DNA of 63,371 nt, the filler included, from Cercozoa sp. M6MM (taxonomy: Eukaryota; Protista; Endomyxa: Ascetosporea): assembly GCA_040357565.1 (NCBI GenBank). It is 7 parts of 7 records of this genome, joined end to end, with 100 filler letters (N's around TTAATTAATTAA, not from the genome) between each part and the next. Parts side by side here need not be neighbours in the genome. Positions count along the whole stretch, not along the records: positions 49,653 to 54,764 come from JBDODJ010000975.1; positions 54,865 to 60,494 come from JBDODJ010000870.1; positions 60,595 to 63,371 come from JBDODJ010001697.1; 4 more parts are not named here. One strand, given 5' to 3'. Each line of letters begins with the position of its first letter. Within the stretch, counting starts at the first letter, position 1. Below are positions 51,100-63,371 of this stretch, one piece after another. The position numbers and the translations under genes were made by a program. The notes under the pieces are model-generated. The model did no database searches. It saw nothing but the letters and a program-made list of their open reading frames with translations, and had not been told where the DNA came from.

Positions 51100-52835
51100 G
51101 ATGTTAGCGCGCGTGCTGAGACCGCCATCGAGAAGATTCTCCCGTCTGCTTGTGCAGACAGTGGACGTGGGACAGACGAACGATGTTTCAAATTCATTTT
51201 TCAGACGGGTACTTTTGGTTCAGCTCTGTTGTTGCCGTTGTTGTTTTTTGTCGTTCTATGTGCTTCTGAATGCATGATGTGACAGACACAACAGTTGCTG
51301 AGTCTCCTCAAAGAAGAACGCGATGAGTCGTTTCTGCACGAATACGAAACTTGTTGGTGCGTGGCCTCTTACCCCCCGCCTCCCATTTCTCCCTACCCTT
51401 ATTAATCTTTTAACCCCTGTACTCTTTACTATTTTACCCCTTACCCTCCCCCGTTACCCCAGCAAGCTGCTCCTTGCGGAACCGGTCAAGTCGCCGACGC
51501 ATCTGATGCTGCTGGCGTCGGCGGCCTTGTGCATGCGCGACGACGACAGACTCGTCGAAGGTAACTTTACCATCCCCTCTTTCATCCCCTCTTTTATCCC
51601 CTCGTTTATCCCCTCTTTTATCCCCTCTTTATCCTCTCTTTTATCCCCTTTTATCCCCTGTTCTACGCCCCTGTTTTACCCCTCCCCCCTCTTTATCCCT
51701 GTTTACCCCCTCTTTGACCCTCAGCAATGAGCGAGCTGGTGCAGCATCGGGACGAGCGTGATCAGCGCTTGCTTCTGCTGACCGTTAATGCGACGGTACG
51801 CATGCTGAAACGTCAAATTCTTGAGTTGTAGCCTTACCCCTCTTTACCCCCTTACCTTATACCTTTACCCTCACCTTATACCTTTACCCCCCCCCCCCAC
51901 CTTATACCTTTACCCTTACCTTATACCTTTACTCTTACCTTATACCTTTACCCTTACCTTATACCTTTACCCTTACCTTATACCTTTACCCCCTCCCCTC
52001 CAGAGAAAGCACGAAGGACGAAAGATTCGAAACTTTGGAACGAGTTGCTTCACTCATCTGGCAATGTCTGGCACAGCACACTTTGTACCACAACAAGGTA
52101 TGTTATCTTTTTACCCCCCCCCCTTATCCCTACTCTATCCCGTCCCCGTTGCAGGGCGATGAACTGCGCTGCGAGGTGGCTCGCACCATTGTGAACCGCT
52201 TGCTGTCGGTGCAGCGGCACCTGCAGTCGCTGAAATACTCAAGTCGAAGCAAGCAGCTTCGCGTGCAGACCGACTTCTTACTGGAACAAGCGGTACTTCC
52301 CGTGGGTTAGAGGGGGGTATAAGGAGGGTAAGGCTCGGAGTGTCTGCAGAAATTGCATCGAAAGAATCTGGAACATCGGGTGCGCCGCTCGGTCTATGTG
52401 CACATTCTCGACATGCTGTGGATCGACCTTGCGTATACCTCTCCCCTCTTCCCCTCTGTAGCCTCTTTTACCCCCTCCCAGCTGGCTGTCCAACAAGAGG
52501 TCCCTGAAATACAATCGTCACTTGCGTATCGCTCAGGAAGTAGGCTTTTCCACAACATTTACCCCACTCCTACTCTACCCTCGCATGTGCTTCTGTTATA
52601 CCCCCATGTACTCCTCCCGCAGCTGCAGAAACTGCGACCACTGCTGACGCCGGAGCGGTGCAACAAGCGCATGCACCCGGCCAACTTCTCGGCGGTGCGC
52701 GCGCTGCTGCTGTCGATGCGACTGGTGCGCGACAATCACCGACCCTGGCTCGGTTTCGACCACAAGGGTATGCCCCCGCCGGCTGTTGAGGAGTCCATCC
52801 CGATCCGGATCGAGACAAAGTCGAGCGACGAGTGA
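51100..52835 (+). CDS. Hypothetical multi-exon protein
   Basis: Coherent GT-AG-spliced frames ending ...IETKSSDE*; start uncertain; no family recognised. Confidence 0.55.
51830..51995 (+). repeat. Intronic 19-bp minisatellite (taccttatacctttaccct)n; 12-bp (atcccctctttt)n at 51570-51660
   Basis: Direct reading. Confidence 0.9.
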
Positions 52836-52902
52836 CCGTGTGTTTACACTACATTGCCGTACGTTGCTGCGTACCGTACGTAGTTAGTTGGTCCAGTTTT
52901 CT

Positions 52903-53010
52903 AGCTCGTTAGTTGAGTCTTCTCGTAAACCAAGAATGCGATGTAGTTCGGTTCCCTGCACCAGTCTGTGGTGGGTCACAAGAGCATGGCCGTGTCTAAA
53001 TCTCAGGGTA
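52903..53010 (-). mobile_element. Short retroposon family, copy 3
   Basis: Similar to copies 1 and 2; 14-bp flanking direct repeat tggtccagttttct (52889-52902) / tggtccagtcttct (53011-53024). Confidence 0.7.
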
Positions 53011-53416
53011 TGGTCCAGTCTTCTGATGTTACATCATGAACTACCTACTGTATCTGCGCGGAAGCAACCCTAAGAAGACGATCACTGCGTCATGGTTGCT
53101 ACAGGATTGCGGCACGACGTTGTCGGGGACGCGGCGGCGGCGGACGACTCTTGCATACAGACAGAGGCTCAAGTTTCCTCAGTTTGGTTCAGTTAACTTT
53201 CATTTCGATTTAACGTTAACGTTAACGTTATTTATAAGTCGAGTTCAGTTTTACTTCAATCATTTTCAGTTGGTCGAGCGAGTCAATTTCGTTTCGTTTG
53301 CGTACACGTCCATGTTCGTCGCGATCGTCGGCGGTGCTCGTTTATTGTTCTCAAGGTTTGTCGCGAGTGGCTTGTACGTACTTAGTTTGGATTAAGCCGC
53401 GCCGGTGCTGTCTAAA

Positions 53417-54740
53417 TTATGGCGTACAAATCTTTCGCACTGTGTTAGAGCCGTCCGGCTGGCATGAGCTGCAGGTGAAAGGACACGGTGTATCTGGAAC
53501 TTCCAGCACAGGAAATGGCGCTGTACCCGGATTCGCACTGAATGTCATCCAGACAAGCACTGCCGTTTGGCAGCTGTACACAAAGGAAATAAAAAGGAGA
53601 TGCCAGTTAAAGCTGTATCACACCTTGCACAATCCGGCGACGCAATTTCCCGTGGCACACTGCGCAGCTTCCGTGCACGGAGTGCTGCTCCCAGCGGGCA
53701 GTGTGCATTGCTTGCCGAGCGATGTCGTTTCGCATCTTAAAAGAGACAGTTTTAAATCGCGAACGAGCACACACTAAAGTTCACTAGCAGGTACCTGTGC
53801 CCATACAGACACTCGGTGTGCAAGTTACACGTCTCAAGCGGAGCAAGGAGACAGCTTCCGACCTATAGGAATCAAAGCTACATGACTACATCCCTCAACG
53901 TACACTTATAAGGCAGGGAATCGAACCGAAGACAAGTCGTCTTGCGGGTCAGTTTTAAAGAAGCCCGGCAGCACGCAGGATCCGGCAGCGCAGTCGTTGT
54001 CGCACATGCAGGAGTTACCCAGTGCGACAGAGTTGTCTGCCGAGCCTGCCGTGCAGAACATTGAGCCCGGCGGATTGTTCATTCGTGTGGCTTTCGCTGC
54101 CTGCAGCTGCGTTCCCACTGCTGCCGTAGTGCCTACGGAAGACGCAGTTAGTAAAAGTCGTCAAGAGTCTATAAGAAAAAACCTGGTGGCTGTACCATCA
54201 ATGAGAAGTTCCGCAATGGTGATTTCGCAGTTGCCTTGACAACGCGATTCTGCAGGACAGTCGGCGTTGGAGGTACACACTTTGCCGAAGCTTGTCTCAG
54301 GAGTCTAAGTGAGTATATAACGGATAAACAGGGTAGTGTGGGAAGGGACTGAGGGTATGTCGCGAACGTACCGTCAATGCTCCTGTCGCTTCGTCGAGGA
54401 AGATGCGTTTTTCGTTGTGCAAGCTGGCAACAGACAGCAACGTGCAGAAGTGCAGCTTGGTTGGTATGTACAGGGTCCACTGTGAGTTTTGGTTTACTCA
54501 ATGAGAATGCGTGGCACGCAGGCTGAGTTCGCCGGGTCACAGTACCCGAGCCAGAAGCGACTTGAGCACAGCGGAGTCTCTCTATAAAAGAAAAAAACGA
54601 ATATGGAAAGTGGCGACCCTTTCAAGAGACACATGTGTCAGCGGGCGGAGGCACCCATCTCCGACGACACATGGCTTGCCTGCTGGGCATAAGCAATCAG
54701 GCCCAATCTTTCCGGCATTGAAGCACACGCTCTTCTGCTC
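53417..54740 (-). CDS. Cysteine-rich repeat extracellular protein, 3' part
   Basis: Spliced modules GKVCTSNADCPAESRC, GNSCMCDNDCAAGSC, ETCNLHTECLYG, TPCTEAAQCATGNCVAGLC, GSACLDDIQCESG; ends KICTP*. Confidence 0.75.
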
Positions 54741-54864
54741 AGCGAAGAGGGTAAGGAGGGTTTANNNNNNNNNNNNNNNNNNNNNNNNNNNNNNNNNNNN
54801 NNNNNNNNTTAATTAATTAANNNNNNNNNNNNNNNNNNNNNNNNNNNNNNNNNNNNNNNNNNNN

Positions 54865-55667
54865 ATCTCCGAATCGATGGTGGCCCGAGTGGTGGTCGGC
54901 CAGCACATTCGCCCAGGCCAGTGCGGGCGAGAGCGCTCCCTCGGACTTTTGAAGTATTTTGGTGCTTCCACTGTCGGTATCACTCACCCTTTCGTTACTA
55001 TGTGTGGTCGCAGACGCAGATGGGACCGACCAGCTTTCAGGTCACGCAGCACAATGACTCCGACGCCAACATTCTGAAGCCGCTGACCACGGTGCTGTTT
55101 AAGACGAGTGACACTGTGTCGGGTACCGGCGTCTTGGTCTGTTGTACTTTCGCGATGTTTACTGTCCTCTCTTGTTTGCGCAGGCAAGATGCTTGCCCCC
55201 ATGATGCTATGTCTTCTGGTGCTGATGCGGAAGCTGCGCGGCGGTGCCCGGCTACCCTCCGAAGTCAACACAGATGGCCTCGACGTAATTCCAGGAATCG
55301 ACAAGGTCAGTTACGAGGCAGCCCCCCCCCCCCCCCGGTGTCTCTCCTGGTGTTTACATGGTGGCATGCGCAGTGTGATGTCGGGATGGCGTTCGCGCGC
55401 GAGAGGTACGCCTCCTGTTTGTTGCTGTTTTTTGAGACCAATGGAGTTTTTGTAGCACTGTGCAGGTGCTGCATCGTGTTCTCACGACCAAGTGCCACAA
55501 GAGAGCAGCTGTGCCAGCTGAACGACAAGACCCATCGGCCAAGCGGCAGCGTTTGGTTCGTCGTAGCTCGGCGCGTAGCGGTGTTCGTGGACGCAGTCGT
55601 GCCAAGAATTGACGCAAGTTGCCGACGTTCCTGTTGGCGAGCGAGCTACGGACGCGGCCGAATGTAA
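54865..55667 (+). CDS. 3' exons of an unknown gene, probably inside a second TIR element
   Basis: GT-AG-spliced frame TQMGPTSFQ...MRKLRGGARL...GRGRM* ends exactly where the subterminal repeats start. Confidence 0.4.
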
Positions 55668-55950
55668 TTCGGCAATTCGATTTGTCGGTAATTTTTTGGT
55701 AACTAACTGGAAATAACCCGGTAATTAATTGGAAATAACTCGGTAATTAATTGGAAATAATTCAGTAATTGGGTGGAAATAACCCAGGAATTAGCTTGAA
55801 ATTTCCGAGTAATTACCCGGTATTTACCGGTGTATCGGCACGTGCCTGTGATAAAAAATTGAATTAATTACCGGGAAATTTCTTGGTAAATTCTGTTCAC
55901 CGAAATTAACCGGTAATTTCCGGGAAATTACCGGCACTGGGTTCTCGGGG
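55665..55950. mobile_element. Right end of a related TIR element with subterminal repeats
   Basis: Array of ggtaatt/aattacc/ggaaataac repeats ending AATTACcggcaCTGGGTTCTCGGGG, matching the terminus at 10250. Confidence 0.8.
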
Positions 55951-56272
55951 GTACTCAGTCGACTTTTACGCGACTCCGGCGCTGGATACGTGCCGTACGT
56001 GCACTCGCGTCGACAGTGGCCACCGCTGGACTCTAGTAGCCGCCCGACCTGCCCAACGATGCGATGCTTCAGGTAGTAAACTGAAATTAAGAGTGGACGA
56101 ACTGCTTTACTTTTATACCCAAACCTGACACCGAGTGGGCCGGCGGAGGAAACGCTCATTTGCCTTCCAAAGAAACGCTTCAGCCGGAGGAGATACCCCT
56201 GGTTTGATAAAAGCTCGACGATAAACTTAGACTTGCACTACGTGAGAGGGACAACCTGACAACAGCACTGAC

Positions 56273-59217
56273 ATGTCTAGCTCCTCAGAGTCGTCTTCCT
56301 CAGGTGGTGGCTCACTCAGCCACAGCGCTGAGGTTGTGGATGACCGCGCTTTGCTCGACGCTGATATGAGCGAAGCTGTTGCCCGTGTCGTGCTGGCTGT
56401 GTCCGAGCCCGAGCAAGTTAATGTTGGCGAAGGGGTGGATTTTTCAAGCGTACGCGGACAACACGCAAGTAGCTCGTCGCACACTTCGCACCATCGGCGA
56501 GACGGTCTGAAGGGCGATCATAGCAGCGACAATTCATCTTCGAGCGAAAGTGGAGGTGAAAACGACGGCTACAACGAAAACTACGTTGACAGTGACATAG
56601 TCAGGCGGAAACTTGTCACTGGTCATGAGGAAAGCCAGAGACTCGTCCCAGTCCGAGTGATGGAGCGCTTTGTTGAGGAGTCGCACATGAAGCTCGGTGA
56701 TGGCTACGAGTTGCGCGGACCAATGGAAGCGCTTGACTCATCGCGAAGCACCAGATCAACCCTATTCTCTCCCCTGTCGCTCGATATTGAACCTTTACTG
56801 AAGGGATCGAAACTGAATGGGCCGAGTAGTCGCAGTCGCAAAAAAGCGAAAGGTGAAAAGACTGACTGTTTCACCGAGATTCTTGAAAAGCACAGGCAAG
56901 GTTTTGTCACGGAGTTACATGAGAAGGACGAAAAACTGCGACAACTCGCCCAAATAATCTCAGAGAAGGTGTCAGTCCACGAGCAAGCGGTGGCTGCCTT
57001 CGCTGCGGAGCGGCGCAAACTGACAACCGATCTGTGCAATCGTGAACTGTCGCTACGTACGGCACTGCTGGACACCCAAAACCTACTCGGCGAGGCACAA
57101 GCAAACATCACGCTCTCCTCGGTGGATGAATCGCCTGACACATCGAAAGAAGCAGTGCGAGCTGAACCGAGCGAAGTAGGCGAAATACCGCAGGTGCTGA
57201 AGCAGTTCGACGACGAGCTCGTCAAGTTTCGAGACTTGGGCACGGTTCTCAAGGAGGAAGAGAAAGACGCCCGATGTACGGCTCGCGAAATGCTTGCGCA
57301 GTCGTTGACTGAGGACACACAGCAAGCTGCAGAACTACGACGTGCACTGGAAAATCAACTCGCCAGCTTGGTTGAGCAGCTCGAGTCAATGAAAGCAACT
57401 CTGCAGCACAATGGCGAGCGGCTTTTCTACAACCTCGCGGTGCTAGGAGAGCGCGTTCGTGAGAACATGGACACGATTGACTTTCATCGCAGCGCGTTGT
57501 TCAAGAAGAAAGATGCTGCGGCCGAAGCTCAAGATAAGTACCAGCGCGAGCGTGCCACGATGTTACGCGAAAACTCTAAACTGAAGGATGACTACTCGCG
57601 TTTGCAGTCACAATTCTCCGCGCTTCAACGGCGCTTTCGTTCGCGCCAGAGGTATAATGAGGACCGCTACGCTGACATCTGGCGCATGAAGCACGCGGAG
57701 GCACTACATGTGCTAGCGCGTCTCCTCAAGGCGGGCAGAGCAATCAACGAAATGGTGCTGGGCACGGGTTGGTCGTCGCCGCTTTCGACGAAGCAATTGC
57801 AAGTGATCTCAAGCATCCGAGTGTCGAATCGCTTTGGCCGTGAGCACCGCAAGGCATACCAGGAAGCTGTAAAGGCTCAAAAGGAGAGAAAGCTGCCGGG
57901 ACAATCCCCTGCAAGCGAGAAGGTGGCGGCCAAGCTGAGCAAGACCGCGCGTTCATCTACCTCAAGTCTCCACAGCACCGGAACAGGCACTCGCAGTGTT
58001 GCACTGTTTTTCTCACTCGTGGGAGGAGGAACAAGCGGCAGTCTTCCGGGAGGCTTTGGAAGCATCGAGGCCGGCAGTTCCTCTATCATCAGCGGTGCCA
58101 CAGGCCTATCAGGATTGTCGGCGTCAACGGTCGGTGGAATGATGGCCCAGAGCGCCTACCCTCCAGAAGCTGTAACGCGTCTAGTGGAACTCCTCGTGGC
58201 AGAGGCTGACTGGCTCATCGATGATCGACTGCAAGAGCAACTACGCAGTGGCGACATCCCTGCCGAGCTTCAAAAAATGTACCGTCTCGATGCTGTAATG
58301 TCGGCACTCCGAATCGAGGAGTGGGATGACCTTGAGGAGCTGTGCGTCATGTACTATGGCGAAAAACCGCAAACTGAGGTACTACAACTAGGTTTAATAT
58401 TGTGCCGTTGTGTATGTTAAACACACGCCGGACTGAATCTTGGCATAGATGCAAGCAGTCCAAGATGAAGAACTTGGTGCTATCGACATTGACGAGCAGC
58501 TGCAACTGATGACAAACGCGCGCTTGAAGCCTATTGTAAGCGACGCAGAGTTCCTGCAAGGTGTTGCGGAGTGGGTAGAACGCGTCGCCGGTGGTGCAGA
58601 CACGCCTGCCGCCGCCGCTGCTGCCAAGGACGCCGTCAAGGCGTCGCGGCAACTTCGAAAGCAAGGCAACGGCAAAAGGTAGCATCTAGTTGGATGAGTG
58701 GCTAAATTTTACTTTGATTGAGCGGGGAATTGCCTATTGGCACAACCACGTAGCAAACGAGAGAAGATGCGGGCTAAGTCGGAAGCTTACGATCGTGGAA
58801 TGAGCAAGGCACAGAAGGCGGCGATTCAAAAAATGCGACGACAACGCCGGCGAGGTGCTTTTACGTCTACCAAGAAGGCGTTTCTTTTGATGGGTGAACA
58901 CTCATGTAGAACACGAGTTCTGGAAGAAGATTGGTCGCGTCGTGTCCAAGGACCAGTACACGGAATGGCAGTCTCTCTACGAGCTGCTTAAAGAACAAAA
59001 CGCGGCGCTGCACAAGCGAGCGCAACTCATGCAATATCACGCCGAGCTGCTGGCACGACGGGAGGCGATGCAGCGAAACCTGAGAGCGTGCATTGAAAGC
59101 GGCGTCGTGGTAAGGAATGTTATTCTTTGACTCGATTTCAGTATGAAAGTGTGTCAATGATAGGATGATCTCATCGTACCCCCACAACTGCTTGTTGAAG
59201 CTGAGCGACTGCAGTAA
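56273..59217 (+). CDS. DRC1: Dynein regulatory complex subunit 1 (CCDC164)-like
   Basis: QLESMKATLQHNGERLFYNLAVLGERVREN...ENSKLKDDYSRLQSQF...IWRM...RAINEMVLGTGW; C-terminal FWKKIGRVV...WQSLYELL...DDLIVPP. Confidence 0.85.
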
Positions 59218-60213
59218 AGTATTTCCGCTTGGCAACGAGCCAAGAATTTTCAGTCAACTCATGACCGAGCGACAAGAAACAATTTGATTTCAGCCTTCCC
59301 GGCGGACGGGGAGACTAGCATTGAACACTGGGTAATACACCAACTGCCCCATGCAACAGGCACATGGCAACAATCAGCAAAAGTCGGTAAAAGCACAGGT
59401 TGGGTCAAAACACAAAGAGACCGCTGTAGTTTAGACAGCAGGAGCAATCTAACATGTCGTATTTTGTATACAGATAGTTTCAAAAGGGACCAAAGCAGCT
59501 AGCTCGCTGCCCAAAACGCAGTTTGGGTTCCGTTTTCTCAATTCAACAGAAATGCCACAGAAAAATGACCACGACATCAACACAAAGAGAAAGACAAATC
59601 GTGTAGCGCAGCCCACGGCGCACTGATCGGCCTAAACGTCAGCACAGAGCCTGGGCAGGTTAAATGATGATACACATTCAAGTCTCGATGCACTTAGCGC
59701 CAGAATGAGGCACAACATGCCAAGATGGCTACACGCGCGCTCAAACGGCCAAAAACACCTGTGTGAGTTGTGTTGAACTGAACACGCACGTTGATAGGCT
59801 AAGCAATAGGCATAGCAAGAGCATAGGTACGTTAAGACGCGGGTCAGAAAATCTGTGCTGCGTTTCTTTGGTTCGTCGCCGAGTTTTTCGTGTCGTGACC
59901 GGCGACGGGTGACCAGTGCTGTTTCGCAAGTGAAAGAGAGCTTTCTTGGGGATTTCGTGTGGCTCTACTGAGTTCTCAAGCCTTGGCCGTTCGCTGAGCT
60001 TCGTGCTGCTCCTATGATTCACAATGCATCGCAGATAGCAAGAGAGAGCTCTCAAGTTTAACCTGCTCGATAAAACAATCAAACTTGAAAAGGTATCGAC
60101 GCCGCTTTCGCTTTCTGATGTGTAAATCTCCTCAGTATGTTCTTTGTATTTGTCTGTTTCCGAGCAGCCATGTACGCAAACATGAAGTTGGAGGTGTGTC
60201 TTGTTTCTCTTGT

Positions 60214-60494
<281 letters not shown>

Positions 60495-60614
60495 NNNNNN
60501 NNNNNNNNNNNNNNNNNNNNNNNNNNNNNNNNNNNNNNTTAATTAATTAANNNNNNNNNNNNNNNNNNNNNNNNNNNNNNNNNNNNNNNNNNNNAAAGGG
60601 GGGGGGCAAAGCCT

Positions 60615-62036
60615 ACGGATCTGCTGCCGGATGATGATCTTGTTGACGTCGTTGAACTCGTTCCAGTCCTCGTCGTCCAAGTCGGCGATCTCGCGGAACA
60701 GCGGTTCGAAACGAGGTCCGCCCGGAATCGCCATGTTCAGCGCCTGTCCGCGCGCAAGGTAACCCACGTTTCTTACGGGCCAAAAGGTGAAAGGTGAAAG
60801 GGATGTACCTTGGCCGTCTTGAACGACCGCATGTCGAACAGGTAGAAGTAGTTGCGATCCGGGATGTCCGACAGCATCTGGCCGGCCAGACGGTGCAGTG
60901 CACTGTTCGGGGGGGGGGGGGGCCACCCGGCCACCGCGGCCCCCAAACACTCAGTACGCCATCGTCGGCAGGTCGAAACGCCAGCGACGGTACGACGGTC
61001 CGTTCACACGCGCCTTGGCACCTACGATTGGGGCACGGGGTAAATGGGGGGGGATAGGGTGGATGGGGGTAAGTACCGCGATCCTCAACGTCGTGCTGCA
61101 GCGCGCGGTGCGCGTAGAACCACTCAAACACCGGCTTGTCCTCCTCCGGATCGAGCTCCAGACGCACCGGCGGCTATCGAGGGAAGGGGATGGGGGGGTA
61201 AGACGGGAATACAGGCGGCTCGACGCCGATGAGGTTCTCGCCATAGTCGAGCGGCGGCTCTTCGTCATCGAAGGGCGGGAAGCGCATGCGCTTGAAGTTG
61301 CGACGCTCGCGCTTCTCGCGACGCATGCAGATCCACATCGTCGCCCTGAAGGGGGTCACGAAGTTAAGGGAGACGGGGGGGGGTAAAGGGCGAAAGGTTA
61401 CCACTGCGCGACGTAGTGCGGCTCGATGACACGCGGCACCTGAGGGAAGGATGGGGGTAAGGAGGAGATAAAGAGGGGGTAAAGAGGGAGTAAAGAGTAC
61501 CTGGTTCACGAAGGTGATAGCACCGGCGCGGTGGAACAGCACAGGCACTTGACGCACTTGCTCCCACGGCATCGGCATGTTCTCCAACAGCTTCATCACG
61601 GCATGCGGCACGTACTTGAGCGAGCCGCTGTCATCACATGACATTTTCGGTATTAGTCACAATTGAAACATACAAGAAACACAGGCCTACAGGTAAGCAC
61701 GCTGGTCGCCTGCGAACTTGCGCTCGCTCATGTCGCCATGGTCGCGAATCACGCCTGGATTGCCCAAGGGTATAGGAGTAAAGAAAGGTGGCAAAAGAGG
61801 TGTACCACGCAGATGCTCAGGAGGCATCCAGTCCTCCAGTTGCTGCGACTCCTTGCCGGCCTTCTTCTTGTCGCCGACCAGGAAACGCGCGCGGCATAGC
61901 TTGTCCCTAAGTATTACACACTGTCATCAGGCAAGCCTCACAGACAACGATGACACAAAGCCTACCAACGCCGCGCTTTCTTCTTCAGCAGCTTCAGCCG
62001 CTCCTTTTCGGAGAGCTGCCAAATGTCGGCCACCAT
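60615..62036 (-). CDS. PRP8: Pre-mRNA splicing factor Prp8, N-terminal part
   Basis: [95 protein letters not shown]. Confidence 0.98.
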
Positions 62037-62574
62037 CTGCTCAAAACACAAATGAGTAAACAACTCAGAACGCAGGCAAAGCACATGACCCACAGCAAAA
62101 TACAGAAAATTCTTGGTGGGGCCCACACGCATAAAAAACAGCCTTGCAACACCATAAATGACACCAATACAACCCAAGGTGCGACTCTACGCAATTTTTG
62201 GGCTGCTGGGCCCACAAAACAACTCACGACTGAACAAAAACAACTTGAACGACGCACCCCGAGTCTCGAACTGCTGTCAACTACAATCTAGCAGGTCCAC
62301 GACACTCGGAAAAGGTCGCTGGGGTGTGTTGGCTCTCTTTGGCGCTGTCCTGGGTTTTCTTTTATATTTTGGTGGGCCAAACAACAAATCCTGTTTTTCT
62401 GCTACAGGACATCGTTTTGTTAACAGTCAAAAGGTTTTTGCTATTTTCATTATATTAGCACAGTTTTACGCATATTTTAAACTCTTATTGCTAGTGTATG
62501 CCAGTTGACAAAATAAAAAGACAAGACAAGTGCGCCCAAGTCAGGGCGAGTCGGCGCAGGCGTGTGTTGCTACC

Positions 62575-63288
62575 ATGGAGCCGCCATTGAAACGTGCCAG
62601 AGTTGCGAAAAGTGTGAAGCCTTTTGATTCTGATGAAGTACGCTTGCCAAAGTGATCGTGTGGGCGCCGTTTTGATCCAGAATGCCTCTTTCTGCGTGTT
62701 CAGTGGAAGAGATTTCTCGGCTGGCTACACCGCGAAGGCGGCGATGTCAGCGCTGTCCTCTTTGCCGAGTCAGATGAAGGTACACTCTTTTTGTGAAATC
62801 GTTCAAATAAGATGTCCTTTGTTGTGTGACAGGCGATCGCGGCATCTTTGCCAAGCGATCGCTCGAGAAAGGCGAAACACTGCTAAAGATTCCGAGTCGT
62901 CTGGCAGTGACCCCAGTGTCCGCGCGGAAGAGTGCAGAAATCCGCGCGGTTGTGGAAAATGCGGGGATCGAGATTGACGCACGTGACTGCTTGTACTTGC
63001 ACTTGATGTACCAGCGTGCCACACCGAGGTAGAGACTGTTTCCTCATCACAGTTGTGTTTGTGTTAGTGTGATCCCTTTGTTTTAGCGCATTCTGGCACG
63101 CGTACATGCACGTGATTCCCAAGGAGTATACGGACCCGCTCTGGTGGACGCCTGCTGAACTCGCCTTGCTGGGTGTCTTGTGTTGTCGGGAGCGGTGTCT
63201 GGCCTGTCTATCCTTTGTCTGTGTAGATGGCACCAACCTCCAAGCAGTCGTGCCTCAGAGACGCGTTGACTTGCGCGAACGTTTCGAT
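62575..63288 (+). CDS. SET-domain lysine methyltransferase, SETD3/SETD6/LSMT-like (partial)
   Basis: WKRFLGWLHREG...GDRGIFAKRSLEKGETLLKIP...FWHAYMHVIPKEYTDPLWWTPAELALL.GTNL. Confidence 0.88.
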
Positions 63289-63323
63289 GTATGTTTGGCG
63301 AATGCCTCAGTTTCTTTCATCGG

Positions 63324-63371
<48 letters not shown>

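Noticed and set aside
60615-62036. Non-canonical introns
   Set aside because: The junctions I traced in PRP8, PGK, TrpRS and epsin were all GT-AG.

Overview
Eukaryotic, very intron-dense DNA (mostly ~45-100 bp GT-AG introns), probably from a flagellated protist (it has DRC1). It is not continuous: seven contigs are joined by an artificial N44-TTAATTAATTAA-N44 linker. Genes recognised after manual splicing: ferlin-like C2 protein (partial), PGK, a dsRBD-like/Schlafen (AlbA_2) protein, REXO/Rex1-type exonuclease C-terminus, CLN3/battenin, ELF1, CLASP-like protein, an ANF-receptor/PBP1-type ectodomain protein, cytosolic TrpRS, a PH-gelsolin protein, an FHA protein, pescadillo (5' part missing), epsin/ENTH, a Cys-repeat protein, DRC1, PRP8 N-terminus and a SETD3/6-like methyltransferase. 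The standard genetic code fits the conserved genes I spliced. Main unexplained signals: (1) a Schlafen domain with its acidic catalytic motifs intact, fused to a degenerate dsRBD; (2) a 4.7-kb CCCC-ended TIR element with a TAA target duplication, carrying intron-containing gene fragments but no recognisable transposase, with a related terminus at 55.9 kb; (3) a ~270-nt intergenic five-way-junction RNA candidate; (4) a ~80-110 bp retroposon family with 14-bp TSDs lying co-oriented behind genes; (5) strand-biased intronic repeats built from branch-point-like words. All homology calls are motif recognition by eye; no database searches were run.
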